Assembly: GCA_964016885.1 (NCBI GenBank)
Contig: OZ024740.1
Coordinates: 282,348,001 to 282,412,000 of the forward strand
Length of the DNA stretch: 64,000 nt
DNA from: Eledone cirrhosa
Lineage: Eukaryota
Direction: 5' to 3'
Below, piece after piece: positions 14,257 through 27,648 of the stretch; within the stretch, counting starts at the first letter, position 1, and the number at the start of each line of letters is the position of its first letter. The notes under the pieces were generated by a model, which was not told where the DNA came from, made no database searches, and worked only from the letters and a program-made list of their open reading frames with translations. Made by a program: the position numbers and the translations under genes.

Positions 14257-14514
14257 ATATATATAGAGGGAGTGAGACACGAGGCTAGATAAGTTAATGG
14301 GAGATGAAAGTAGATTACATCACCACCAGTTAATGATAGGTACTTTATTAAATCGTCTCCAGAAAGTTTACCTCGGTGGAATTTTAATTCATAACATATA
14401 GTGCCGTAACTAAATACTACAACTCTCTACTGATTCTGACAATTCACTGCCAGACTTGATATTAAATTTCTCATTCGCTTATCTAGTAGAATAAGCATAT
14501 ATACATGCGCTCCA

Positions 14515-14603
<89 letters not shown>

Positions 14604-14879
14604 CTGCACCCCTGACATGACCAAAATTCAAACAGAAAACGGTCGAGGTCAGTGAGGGAGGGGTGCCTCAAGTATGAGTGAAAACGCCCTGGATTGAATT
14701 GGATTGGACTGGATATGTATATATATATATAGTTGCAGATGATATGTTGCTTATAAGAAGTTGTTACTTAGTAATTTCCTCAGGATAAGCCGGTCCGAGC
14801 TATTCAAAAGCACTTCACGTCAGTAGTTTATCCCAGATAAGAGTTGGTTATTAGGAGTGATGGAGTATTCATTTATCAA

Positions 14880-15170
14880 ATAAGAGTAGTTAAGACTGGA
14901 TTATTTCACCATGATTATTTATTGCATAATATATATTTCTGTTACATGGTTATGCATGTGACTTCATTAAATGATTACGCAATCATAGATGCAGTTATGC
15001 AATCATTGGGATATGCTTGTGGCCATGTATAACTATCCTGTAGTGATGGCAGCATAACTGCACCTATGATTGAGTAATCGTCTGATGAAGTCACATGCAT
15101 AACCATGTAACAGAAATATATATGCAATAAACAATTATGGCGAAATAATCCCGTCTTAACTTTTCTTATA
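14880..15170. repeat. fold-back element with one degenerate HHR in each arm (14925-14973 minus; 15079-15124 plus)
   Basis: Plus arm: cgt-CTGATGA-agtcacatg-cataac-catgtaaca-GAAA-tatat-atg. Minus arm: cat-TTAATGA-...-GAAA-tatata-TT-atg. The consensus of the two arms is a complete HHR. Confidence 0.75.
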
Positions 15171-15259
15171 TATATATATATAACGAAGGATATGTGGTAA
15201 GGAACCAGGTGGACCATAACACACCAGAGTACTCGATACTTTGGGTAGTAGAGAGGGTA

Positions 15260-15382
15260 ATAAGAAAAGAGTCCGGACCTCGACGGCAGAGAGCAAGCCG
15301 TTTCGACTGCTATTTCTGTCAAGAGAAAATAGCCGTCGAAACGGCTTGAGCTCTGCCGTCGGGGTCCGGACTATTTTCCTAT
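15260..15382. repeat. palindrome homologous to 12878-12990
   Basis: gtccggacctcgacggcagagagcaagccgtttcgac / gtcgaaacggcttgagctctgccgtcggggtccggac. Confidence 0.9.
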
Positions 15383-15701
15383 ATATATCGAGAGAGAGAT
15401 TTTAAAAAGGCGATATCAGTGTTGCAGCATAAATACAAACTTTATTTGTTTATTACAATTATTTGGGTATCAATCACCTCATGCTACAATCAAAGTGACG
15501 GGGCCCGACTGTTTTTCGACATCTCATCAGATATGCCAACTCATATGCGCCGCCAATAATTGTTGTTACACACCCAACTAACACACACACATAGAGAGAC
15601 AGCCCCCCCCCCCCACACACATGCACACACATGCACACACATGCACACACATGCACACACACGCGCACACACACACACACACACACACCCACACACACAC
15701 G

Positions 15702-15791
<90 letters not shown>

Positions 15792-16558
15792 CACATATGT
15801 ATATATTTTGCATATTCCTCAATGTTTGTCGGTTTACCTACTTCGCACACTCTATTTTTTATTGTCACATTTTGCTTTCACTCATCTCTTTCTTTTACTT
15901 TCATTGCTTGCATTGCCTTTCTATTTCGGGTTTTATTGTTTCTTACTGAAGAATTTTGGTTCTTAGCCTCATGTGTTCAAATCAGTCTACGACCTACTTT
16001 GTCGGCAGAATTAATCCGTCGCCCGTTTTAAAGCTACAAATTGGCCTTTAGTGAGACAAAAGTGACTATCGTAGCATTAGTAAGGTGAATGGCATTTATT
16101 TTCAAATACTCTTAAAAAAAGAAAATTGTTTCAGATTTAAGCTATTTTGCAAAGCGAAATTTACGAACAATGCAATTTTTTTTTCACTGAGACGGCAGTA
16201 ATATAAATAGGCCATGAGAATATTAAAACCTCTAAATGTTGACTCATGTAGCTGGATAAAAAAATTACACTTCTGAAGTTCTGAAGTTATCTCCTTTTCA
16301 ACATCTTTTGCAATCTCATCAATGGTGTATTGTCCCCCAGTAAAATTCTTTAATAACAGTTTCAGAAGAACCCCTTCTTCATAGCATTTCCTATGACTGC
16401 TTTTACATGTGCCTTAATAATAACCTCTCCAATTGTGTCTATTTATTTTTATCTTTATTTATTTTGCTATGTTAAAGGATATATTCTAAACGATCTACTT
16501 TAAATATGATATTGAGACTATTTGTTTCACTTTTCTAAATCCATCACCTCAAACTTAC

Positions 16559-16615
16559 CCTTCATCTTCGAAGATTTCATTGTATTACTTCCAAATGCCT
16601 TTTCCTTTGGGGGCT
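16559..16615 (-). CDS. candidate 57-nt internal exon (unknown host gene)
   Basis: Minus strand tgctttattttacag|AG...AAGG|gtaagt. Symmetric phase 1, open frame xPPKEKAFGSNTMKSSKMK. No homology recognised. Confidence 0.25.
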
Positions 16616-16902
16616 CTGTAAAATAAAGCAGCATTGGAATTGTTATAACATCAGAGGACAAGATGTACGGTGTTTGTTCTCACACTTTCCAATTTTAGTG
16701 GAAGCAGTCTAGCCGGCGCCATTCATCTCCTGACTCAGGATGACTCACAAACCGGACTTTCGTTTTGAGATTATCTATCATCCATCCACCACGGAGGCAC
16801 CGAAAATAATTATGAACAGTATAACAGTAATAATTATAATAGTATAACAGAATCGAAGTAGAAACGGAAATATTTCGTCAATGATACGTTCATGGTTTAC
16901 TT

Positions 16903-17168
16903 TAGGCATGGACAACCTTTTTCGAGATATGGCTCATCATCAGGCAAGCGCTAATTTACATTCGTGCCCACATTAAAAAAAGGCGGTAACTCAGGTTGTT
17001 TTGATTTGTTTCTTCAAAATTCGTACATGTTGTTTTCCTCGATCGTAAAAATGATAGACAGCTAAATTACGACTGAAAAGTTGGGGTAAAAAAATCAGAA
17101 AGATTTCATTTAGGTGACTTAGGTAAGCCATTCAGAAAGCTTCGCGGGCCGCAGTTTGCCCATGACTG
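16903..17168. mobile_element. hAT (Charlie-like) MITE
   Basis: TIRs taggcatggacaa / ttgcccatgactg, subterminal gcgggccgca, and an 8-bp TSD gtttactt / gtttacat. Confidence 0.7.
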
Positions 17169-17371
17169 GTTTACATGATTCCGGAAGAAAAACACATAGA
17201 TCTTTTTCTCTTCGATTCCTCCATGAAGCGCCTGAACTTGAAATATCTATGCTTACGAGCGTCGACTGAAAAATCATATTTCATATTACCCACATTACTA
17301 ACTTAAGTATTGAGTACTCTAGTGCAATATGGTCCACCTGGTATCTTACTACACCCTCTTTGTTATATATA

Positions 17372-18598
<1,227 letters not shown>

Positions 18599-18702
18599 TA
18601 GGCGTATGTGTATGTGCGTTTGTGTGCTCTTGTGTTTTATTTTCTAAATTAAACATACTTGAATTCGACTCCTATATGAAAACCTTGTTTGTATAGCCGA
18701 GA

Positions 18703-18797
18703 TAAACTTTGCCTTTCATCCTTACGGGGTCGATAAAATAAAGTACCAGTAATGTACTGGGTAATTGTGGCCTTGTGCCAAAAGTAGAAACAATTAT
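18703..18797 (+). mobile_element. SINE family A, 3' half
   Basis: Core and tail match the consensus. Confidence 0.85.
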
Positions 18798-19790
18798 GTA
18801 TATACATTTATATTCCTTTAATAAACATGTAGTGGTAAGTGTGTAGGAATCGATTTCACGTATATCTGGCTTGATTTTAATCGACAACATTTTGTTGAAT
18901 CAGTTTTTTCTGGTATTCATTGACCTATATATTTTCATTTAGAAACTGCATAGAAAATTAAGAAATATTTTGCATTCCTTAATTAACGAACAAAGTATAT
19001 CAAATATCGTTTTAATAGGAGTATATATTTCATAAATTGGGCTCATATGACTTAATTGTTATATTGCGTAGGTGTAATATTATACACATTTATAGACCTG
19101 GGAGTATTTTCTAATTGGGTAACAACCTTGCAAAATGTTTTCTGAAATATTATCAAAATGTCTCATCGTTTGACAACTTCAATAATGTGATATTATTCAA
19201 GTCACGTCAGCCATAAAAAAATGCTGCTTTTTGATTCTGAAACCTGTGTTTACCTGAATGATATTTCTTCCTTTCTTTATCAAATTCTACTTGTTCACAC
19301 ACATACACAAACACACACCCACCCACCCGCACACACATGTTTAATATATATATATATATATTTATATGTAAGTATGTGTGTGTATGGGTGTATATATTTA
19401 TATGCTTAAAAATATAGAAAAATCTTGAACGCAAGATTAAAAATGAATACATTTGATGGCTAAAAATAATAGCTTAGTAATGAATGTCTTAATTTAGAGA
19501 TTATCTTTGGTGGCTGTCGACCGTTTCTTTCCGTCTATAAGTTGTTTAACTAGATTTTCTTAGTTGATTTCAATTCTTCTTATTAAGAACTACATTGTTT
19601 CTTTCCAATGGCTATATTGAAAAGTAAAACTCATTTAGTCATTCCAAGAGTGTATCTTGTTCAGCAGACCTTCGTATATAACAGTCAGTTAGGTTCACAG
19701 GTATTTCCTGCACTCAAGATTTTCTACATTTTCCATACATCTTAACTCTCTCAACGGTCTCATTATTATTTACAAATGCTGTTATATACG

Positions 19791-19854
<64 letters not shown>

Positions 19855-20001
19855 CGAGAGTCTATGGCTCCGTTAATTTATCGTGATATATATTATATAT
19901 ATATACCGTATATATATATACATATATATATACATATATATATATGATGGCTGCCCCCTCGTTATCGAGTATGGCCATTGCACGATATACCATTATTAAT
20001 A

Positions 20002-20300
20002 ATCTATATATCTAAATCAGAGAATGTCTGTTTGTCTGTCTATCTGTCCACTCATTAAAACTCGAGAACCACCCTAGCGATTGTTTTCAAACCTCACACA
20101 TCTAACACTTATGGACCTGTGGGTGTTTTGAGCAAAAACAATTCCAAAGTTTCAATGCCCTATGGACCGCATTAGGCGATTTAGAGATCTATCTCTATAA
20201 CTCTTAGTCTTTCTCTCTCCAGATAGACACACAGATATAACGCCGCGCTCCCATTATATCTGTCTGTATGCCCCGCCGTCTGCATTACAACATTATGACG
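20002..20300 (+). mobile_element. Helentron/HINE (DINE-1-like) fragment
   Basis: atctatatatctaaa...gtctgtttgtctgtctatctgtc...aactcgagaaccacc, the typical HINE end with a (GTCT)n tract. Confidence 0.5.
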
Positions 20301-20426
20301 TAGCTGTGTGTGTGTGTGTATATATGTATATATATATATATATATATATAGGGTGTGTATATATATATATATAGTGTGTAACGTTTTTCGAAATATTTAC
20401 CTCCGCACTCACAGATTGATCCCCTC

Positions 20427-20477
20427 AGTTTCAGAAGATCCCGTCAAGGGCGAAAGCAGCGATTCCCCGCCCAAACT
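20427..20477 (+). ncRNA. degenerate hammerhead with CAGAAGA core (homolog of 37797-37847)
   Basis: agttt-CAGAAGA-t-ccc-gtcaa-ggg-c-GAAA-gc...gc-CC-aaact. The UH site is mutated. Confidence 0.55.
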
Positions 20478-20911
20478 TCAATCTGTTATTTCAATATAGA
20501 TATATATATATACAATTATACACTCGTGCACAGACACCTTCGCATACACAACAACAAAACGCAAACAAACGCATTTATTTCACGAGGCTCGACAAGGATA
20601 AATATATATCAAATAAATAAGAACCCTAGAGCAACGACCCTGCGACAGAGATTACAAGGGAATAGTATAATAATTAAAGAGGCAATAAGGTAGAAAGTTA
20701 CTCGTCAAACGAGGACACTAGCAGTACAGATATATATATCCCAATATATATATATATACATATATAAACATATACACACATATATATATACACACATATA
20801 TATACACACACACATATATATACATACACACATATATATATACATATATATACACATATATATACATACACACATATATATATACACACACACATACACA
20901 CATATATACAA

Positions 20912-20950
<39 letters not shown>

Positions 20951-20962
20951 TATGTGTGTGTG

Positions 20963-21225
20963 AAGGCGCATGGCTTAGTGGTTAGAGCATTGGGCTTAAA
21001 ATCGAAAGGTTGTGAGTTCGATTCTCGGACCGTGTGATGTGTTATTTCATTGGGCAAGACACTTTATTTAACGTTGCTCCAGTTTACTCAGCTGTAGAAA
21101 TGAGTACCGGCCTGCCCGCCCAGCCAGTGGGATGGCGTTATCTTATGACTAAAACAGCACGACGTGCTGTTTCCAGCGGCGCCGATTGGCGCCCGGCAGA
21201 CTAGTCGGTCAAGAGGATCAAGGTG
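20963..21225 (+). mobile_element. tRNA-derived SINE (family C, CORE-like)
   Basis: tggcttagtggttagag A-box, gagttcgattc B-box, and ttgggcaagacacttta...cagtttactcagctgtagaaatgagtac. Confidence 0.8.
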
Positions 21226-21351
21226 ATATATATAAATACATATATACATATATATATATATATACACATACATATACATACACACACACACATATATATA
21301 TATACATATATATAAATATATATATACACACAAACTCGCACACACACATAC

Positions 21352-21407
<56 letters not shown>

Positions 21408-21546
21408 CCAAAGTTTAATATGGTTCATTGATTGCTCAATGAATATAGTTTTGCAATAGATTAAAAGCACTCTACAAAATGTCTTCTGGAGTTATTAATA
21501 TTCAGAATAATAATAAATGAAGACATTCACATAATCAAAGTATATG

Positions 21547-21608
21547 TTTTATTATATATATTTCGAAGGTACTGTGCTGTTTTTTCAGTACGTCCTCGTC
21601 AGATAAAA
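21547..21608 (-). ncRNA. type I hammerhead ribozyme
   Basis: Minus strand: ttttat-CTGACGA-ggacgtactg...cagtaccttc-GAAA-tatata-TA-ataaaa. Confidence 0.85.
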
Positions 21609-21695
21609 TATATTAATTGATGTATGACATACCTCATCGGTCTTGAAAGTTCAATTCCACTATTGGCAGTGGTATGTCATACATCAATTCATGTA

Positions 21696-21756
21696 TTTTA
21701 TCTGTCGAGGACGTCCTAAAAAACACCACAGTACCTTCGAAATATATATAATAAAA
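21696..21756 (+). ncRNA. degenerate hammerhead (A6U)
   Basis: ttttat-CTGTCGA-ggacg...ccttc-GAAA-tatata-TA-ataaaa. Confidence 0.65.
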
Positions 21757-22328
21757 CATGTATTTTGATTATGTGAATGTCTTCATTTATTATTATTCTG
21801 AATAATATATATATACATTTATATATATATATATATATATATGAATGAAAAAATGGTGTGCTGCGTTGTTTTGAGTGTGATACATATGAATGAAAATAGA
21901 CCGAGAAACGGGACTGTCCATCAATCGACGAGAAGATGCTGACGCGTCCGAAGCACGCGAAAAGTGAGAGAGAAAAGGATTTCACACAGGTCAGACGGGA
22001 GAAAGTGAGAGAGGGGGAGTAGCAGAGAGTGAGAGAGTGAAAGTGTGAGGAAGATGCCAGCCGAGAGTGTATGACCAGCAGAGGGGGTGAAAGAAAGCAA
22101 GAGGTACAAGGAGAGAGAAGGGGGAGAGATAAAGAGGATAGCAGTAAGGTGATAGAAAAAATACAAACCACAGCGAGGGGAAACAATTATATGTGAATGA
22201 AAAAATGGTGTGCTTCGTTGTTGCGAGTGTGATACATATGAATGAAAATAGACCGAGAAACGGGACTGTCCATCATTAGTAGTCTACTGATTATCATTGG
22301 TATTTTTTCGCATTGTGGTCTATTTCCA

Positions 22329-22374
<46 letters not shown>

Positions 22375-22417
22375 TACACACACACACATATATATATACA
22401 CATACATACACATACAT

Positions 22418-22481
<64 letters not shown>

Positions 22482-22485
<4 letters not shown>

Positions 22486-22757
22486 CGGAAAAAATGAAAC
22501 GAAATTTCATTTCTCACTCTTAGTACGGCTGTTACTTAAATATAAGTATGTATACGTACATACATATATGTATACAGACGTACAGTAGTATGTATATATA
22601 TATACATACATGCACGCACATATATATGTACGTATGGATTCATCGAACATTTATTATAATGCTCGGTGTGTTTGTAAACAAACATCCCTAATTAAGCCGT
22701 ACAGTGTCTAGAAACCATCGTTGCTCATTTGTTCAACACTGACAAAAGAACGCTGTA
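22482..22757 (-). mobile_element. copy of the 32147-32584 HHR element, truncated near the cleavage site
   Basis: Reverse complement matches 32322-32584. Confidence 0.8.
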
Positions 22758-22816
22758 GTATATATATATATTAATTCAAAATATTAACAAAATAGATATT
22801 CTTGTGATCAAGTATA

Positions 22817-22879
22817 TTTTATTATACATATTTCAGAGGTACTGAGTTAAGTTCAACAGTACGTCCTCATCAGATGAAA
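22817..22879 (-). ncRNA. type I hammerhead ribozyme (same family as 21547)
   Basis: Minus strand: tttcat-CTGATGA-ggacgtactgttgaacttaactcagtacctct-GAAA-tatgta-TA-ataaaa. Confidence 0.8.
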
Positions 22880-22982
22880 TAATATGATGCATGACATACC
22901 CTGACATAGTAGATGGTTAAGATTCAGTCATGGTAGTGACTGTACATTCTTTTATGTATTCATTGAACCTTGTTTAACTTTT

Positions 22983-23066
<84 letters not shown>

Positions 23067-23310
23067 ATGTGTGTGTATGTATGTATATTCAATATCTGTC
23101 GATCGCGTCCAGGTTCGTCTTCAACCTGTGTGTATATTTTGTTGTTGTAGTATTGGCGTGGCAACATGCCTCTGGTCGTATTACTCATTGTGTCACTATT
23201 ACCTAACTTCTTTTGTTCACTCAGAGGAGAAATTTCTTAATTACTTTATCATTTTGTGACAGTCTTCAAATTTAATCGGACGCGAATCTGCAACTTCGAT
23301 TATACTCATT

Positions 23311-23371
<61 letters not shown>

Positions 23372-23375
<4 letters not shown>

Positions 23376-23608
23376 AAATTAAGATAAATCAAACGAATCT
23401 AATCTAAATCAAAATTATGTGTGTCATGCCAGAAAGCCATCGCCATATCACCCGTAAAATAAGCTCTAAGATTCTAATGAGTAGGTCCGACCTACTCATT
23501 AGAATCTTAGAGCTTATTTTACGGGTGATATGGCGCATGTCTTTCTGGCATGACACACATAATTTTGATTTAGATTAAATTCGTTTGATTTATCTTAATT
23601 TTGGATAT
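23372..23608. repeat. ~235-bp near-perfect palindrome
   Basis: Centre ctaatgagtagg-tccga-cctactcattag. Arms are reverse complementary and abut (TA)n. Confidence 0.95.
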
Positions 23609-24137
23609 AGATATATAAATACGGCTCCTTAATTTTAGAGCTAACTCTGTTGAAAGGACTCGACTGCTGTTTCTAGTTGTCGATAACCCTATTCACACCA
23701 CTGGGACGAAGCTAGTATGATGTGTGTGTTTCTAGTAAATACTACACGTGCTGGCCAGTCGCTGATTTGAACTTGAAGTGTAAACACGGATTGCTGAAAA
23801 TTTCTTCCTTGTTGAAAATCCAAATCTCCACTTCTGTGGTTTACCATCTGATTAATTGGTGAAATATATTTCTTTAATGGAATATATACAGGGAAGATTA
23901 ATCATATTATGAGGTATCTATTTTTGAAGTTCTGGTCAACTTTATTTAGTTACCTACCTAGCTATGTGTGGTTACACATTTGTAAAAATTATCTCCTGTG
24001 ATTATTCATGTTTATTTATACGTTAATCAATCTCTAGTTATTATATATATATATATATATGTATAAAATCAAGGGAAAGCAAATAAAGAAAAAAATTTTA
24101 AATAAATTTAAAACAATTCACTGTACTTACTATATAT

Positions 24138-24218
24138 GCCTTTACCGCGGTTTCAGATCCCAAACAAATAGATAATCCAAACGGATATCCCTTGAGAAAG
24201 AGATCCTCGTCAGAAGGC
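24138..24218 (-). ncRNA. type I hammerhead ribozyme with long stem II
   Basis: Minus strand: gcctt-CTGACGA-ggatc...gatct-GAAA-ccgcgg-TA-aaggc. Confidence 0.88.
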
Positions 24219-24414
24219 TTTTCTGTCTCGGAGAATATAAAATTCCCGAGTATAAATTATAAACTGGTGACATACAAAACTGCCCCAGAATGATGAAACA
24301 ATTTTGTCTAGTACCGTGTGCAAAGACTGAAAGCAAGATGGACAGGTGAATCTCTTGCTACTAAAAATAGCAGCCGTTTAAATGACCAAAGGTTTCTCTA
24401 CCGTTAGGGAGAAT

Positions 24415-24602
24415 AATAATTGTTTCTTCTTTTGGCACAAGGCCAGCAATTATTCCAGGATATTACTGGTACTTTATTTTATCGACCCCGTAAGGATGAA
24501 TAGCAAAGGTAACCTCCGCGGGATTTGAACTCAGTCCGTAAAAGGACGTAACTGTGCTGTAAAGCATGGCGTCCGACCCTCTACCGATACTGCCAATCCA
24601 CC
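24415..24602 (-). mobile_element. SINE family A
   Basis: Full reverse-complement match to the consensus. Confidence 0.88.
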
Positions 24603-24701
24603 ATGTGCTCCTACATGTAAATAATACACATAGGGATACAAGTATAGTCCGACCGTATGCCATTGTGAACTCGGGAATTTTATATTCTCCGAGAGAGAAA
24701 A

Positions 24702-24763
24702 GCCTTCTGGCGAGGATCTCTTTCTCAATGGAATACGCTTGGATCTGAAACGGCGGAAAAGGC
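24702..24763 (+). ncRNA. degenerate hammerhead (inverted homolog of 24138-24218)
   Basis: gcctt-CTGGCGA-ggatc...gatct-GAAA-cggcgg-AA-aaggc. Confidence 0.6.
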
Positions 24764-24949
24764 ACAAATAGTAAGTACAGTGAATTTTTTGAAATTTATT
24801 TAAAATTTTTTTTTTTTCCCCCTTGATTTTATATGTTCTGACTTGTTAACTTATTAACTTGCCATTGAACCACACTGACATACGGGCGGACTATACTTGT
24901 ATCCCTATGTGTATTATTTACATGTAGGAGCACATACTTTTATTATATA

Positions 24950-25811
24950 CGAGATGTGTCAGAAATGTTCCAGGACTGATGTCACAAAAGATTTATTTCA
25001 AACCAAAACTTCACACTAAGAGTTTTCTCCTTCAAAGTAATCCCCCTGGAGTATGTAACTGTAATCTTAGCTCTCTGCAGCGATCAAACTTTTTTCTTCA
25101 TAATTTTATATACATGTCTTCTGTTTCAGGTCGTCAAGCAATGAGCACAGAGCAACGAACAAACTTGAAGTTTCTGGTACGATTGGGGAAAACTCCGTCA
25201 GAAGCACTGTGATTGCTGCAGCAAGTGTATGGAGATGAGACGATGTCACGCTCACGCGTTGCAAGAGGTTTAAAGAAGGACGCGAGGACGTGGAAGATGA
25301 ACCCAGGAGCAGAAGGCCCTCAACAACCAGGACAGTCGGCTGACTGTTCGACTGATGGCAAATGAGCTGGGCATGAATCGGGACAGCGTCTGGAAGATTC
25401 TCACTGAAGATTTGGACATGCGGAAAGTCTGCGCGAAGATGGTGCCAAAACTGCTGAACGATGATCAGAAGGGTCGACGCATGCAAGTGTGCCAGGAATC
25501 CTCGAGCGTCTTGAAACCGAACTAGACTTGCTAGGGACAGTCATCACCGGGGATGAGTCATGGACCTTCGAGTACGACCAGGAGGGGACCCGTTTTGAAG
25601 ACGTGAACGACATCAAAAAGGCCGTGACGACGGAACTGCAGAGGATCCAGGAAGAATCCTTCGAGGAGTGCATGCAAGCGTGGCAGAAAAGGATGGAAAA
25701 ATGCATTAGACTCCAGGGGGTTTACTTTGAAGGAGAAAACTCTTAGTGAGAAGTTTGGATTTGAAATAAATCTTTTGTGACATCAGTCCTGGAACTTTTC
25801 TGACATGCCTC

Positions 25812-25812
<1 letters not shown>
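24950..25812 (+). mobile_element. internally deleted mariner transposon with ~90-bp TIRs
   Basis: TIRs cgagatgtgtcagaaatgttccaggactgatgtcacaaaag... / ...cttttgtgacatcagtcctggaacttttctgacatgcctcg, TA-flanked. Peptides EQRTNLKFLVRLGKTPSEAL, ITGDESWTFEYD, WQKRMEKCIRLQGVYFEG. Confidence 0.92.
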
Positions 25813-25891
<79 letters not shown>

Positions 25892-26087
25892 GAGGTGTGT
25901 CAGATTAGAGCAAACATCACGGGCGCTCTATCTCAAAATTATTTTTGAAAACCATTAGAAATGCGCAACCGGTAACAACTTAAAACCAAAACTGAATACT
26001 AACCAATACTTATTACAAATTTTTACTTATTCCTAATTAAACTATTTTTCACTGGGAACAATTTGTCAGCATTTTCTTTTCCTTTTA

Positions 26088-26173
<86 letters not shown>

Positions 26174-26714
26174 TACATATATAGTTTCTGTATCATTTGC
26201 GTTGTTTCCTGGGATTAACTTCAATTATCACTTAATCACTTAATCTAATCTATGCAATTCCACTAATAAAATTTATTCATAAATAGTTTAAGTGGGTATC
26301 GGTATTGTATCCAGTCTTTTACACAAAGACTAATGTTTGAAAGTAAAAATCGGAATTTGTGGCATTAATTTATTATTTCAAATGTCGGGGATAACTATTT
26401 ATGTGTGTATGTATACATGTGTACGTTTATTTGTGGGTGAATATGCCAGTGGGTGCGCATCTAATGTAGCGTAACATAGGTGAAATTTCAACATAACGAA
26501 ATCAAAATTAGTTTGTTTATTACATAGTCTGAAACGTGACTTCTCTTCTTCAATGATACAATACATTAAAATAAGGTAAAAGGACAACAATGGAGTGATT
26601 GGACTAAATTATTTGGTATTAGCCAGCTAAATTCATTTTATATCATATTCCTATTCAAATGTAAAAACAATTATATTATATTCTGCTTCAAATTGCAAAA
26701 TCTGGTGTAGTAAC

Positions 26715-27072
26715 GCACCAGCTTCAGCATTCAATAATCAGAATAAGGGAGGTAGGCGTAAAAGCCAAACTCGCTATCTTCAATTTGATTTTCGTGCCAA
26801 CCTTTACCTATGGTAATTACCGAAAGAATACAATCGCGAATACAAGCAGCGGAAATGGGATTCCTCAAAGGAGTATTAGGAGTAATATTACTGGATAAAG
26901 TGTGTAACTCGGAGATCAGAGAGTCATCTCAGTCATACACAGGGTGTAAACTGATTTCTTCTTCATTAAAGATCAGTAGCCATCGCTTCAGTACTGACAT
27001 AGTCTATGTAGACCCATCCAACCCTTGCTAGCAGGGAAAGCAAACGTTAAAACGAAAATGATGAGGATGATG
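26715..27072 (+). mobile_element. RTE LINE 3' fragment
   Basis: RIQAAEMGFL..GVILLDKVCNSEIRE. The 3' end acccatccaacccttgctagcagggaaagcaaacgttaaa+(atg)n matches the 18530-18598 terminus. Confidence 0.75.
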
Positions 27073-27379
27073 AGATTACAAATGACTACTGAAGCTATAG
27101 TACAGTTTACCTACATAGTCATTAGACCTCTTAGAAATAGTATTCAGAACTTCAATATCCCTTAAATCACACCTTAATATCTTAAAATAAGGAAGAACAT
27201 AGGGTGTTGAATTGGCAGAATCAGTAGAGCGTCGGACACCCTGCTTCGTGGCATAGAGTTACGGCCCTTTACATTCTGCCGATGTTAGCTTTGCCTTTCA
27301 TCCTTACTATATCTTTAAGAATCATAGAGTATAATTTAATATTTATATCCTACTAAAGGTTGTCTAAAGTCTAAGGTTT

Positions 27380-27648
27380 GTCTCAAGCCAGAAGGCTCAT
27401 TTGGCCGGTGCTTATCACGGTTTCATGGTGTGAAGCGACTGAGAGTACAAGACTTCCCCCTGGATAGGACGCCAGTCCATCTCAGGGCTAAACCACCAGC
27501 TATTGCTGGTTCTCATTTTCAGCTGAGTAAACTTGAGCAACGTGAAATGGAATGTTTTACTCAAGAACACAACACGCAACACAGGAATCAAACCCACGAC
27601 ATTATGATCGTAAGTCCAGCATCCTTACCACTAGGTCACTGCCTCCAC
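27380..27648 (-). mobile_element. SINE family C
   Basis: Reverse complement has a tRNA-like head and the ttgagtaaaacattccatttcacgttgctcaagtttactcagctg core. Confidence 0.7.

Larger units (their letters stand above)
21497..21808. repeat. fold-back element with HHRs in both arms
   Basis: Arms of ~135 bp are reverse complementary around a ~40-bp spacer. Confidence 0.9.

Noticed and set aside
15503-15535. Minus-strand CTGATGA-gatgtc-GAAA
   Set aside because: Stem II is only 2 bp and stems I/III do not pair convincingly.
16910-16950. Minus-strand CTGATGA-tgagccatatctc-GAAA
   Set aside because: No stem I/III pairing, and it lies inside a hAT MITE; probably chance.
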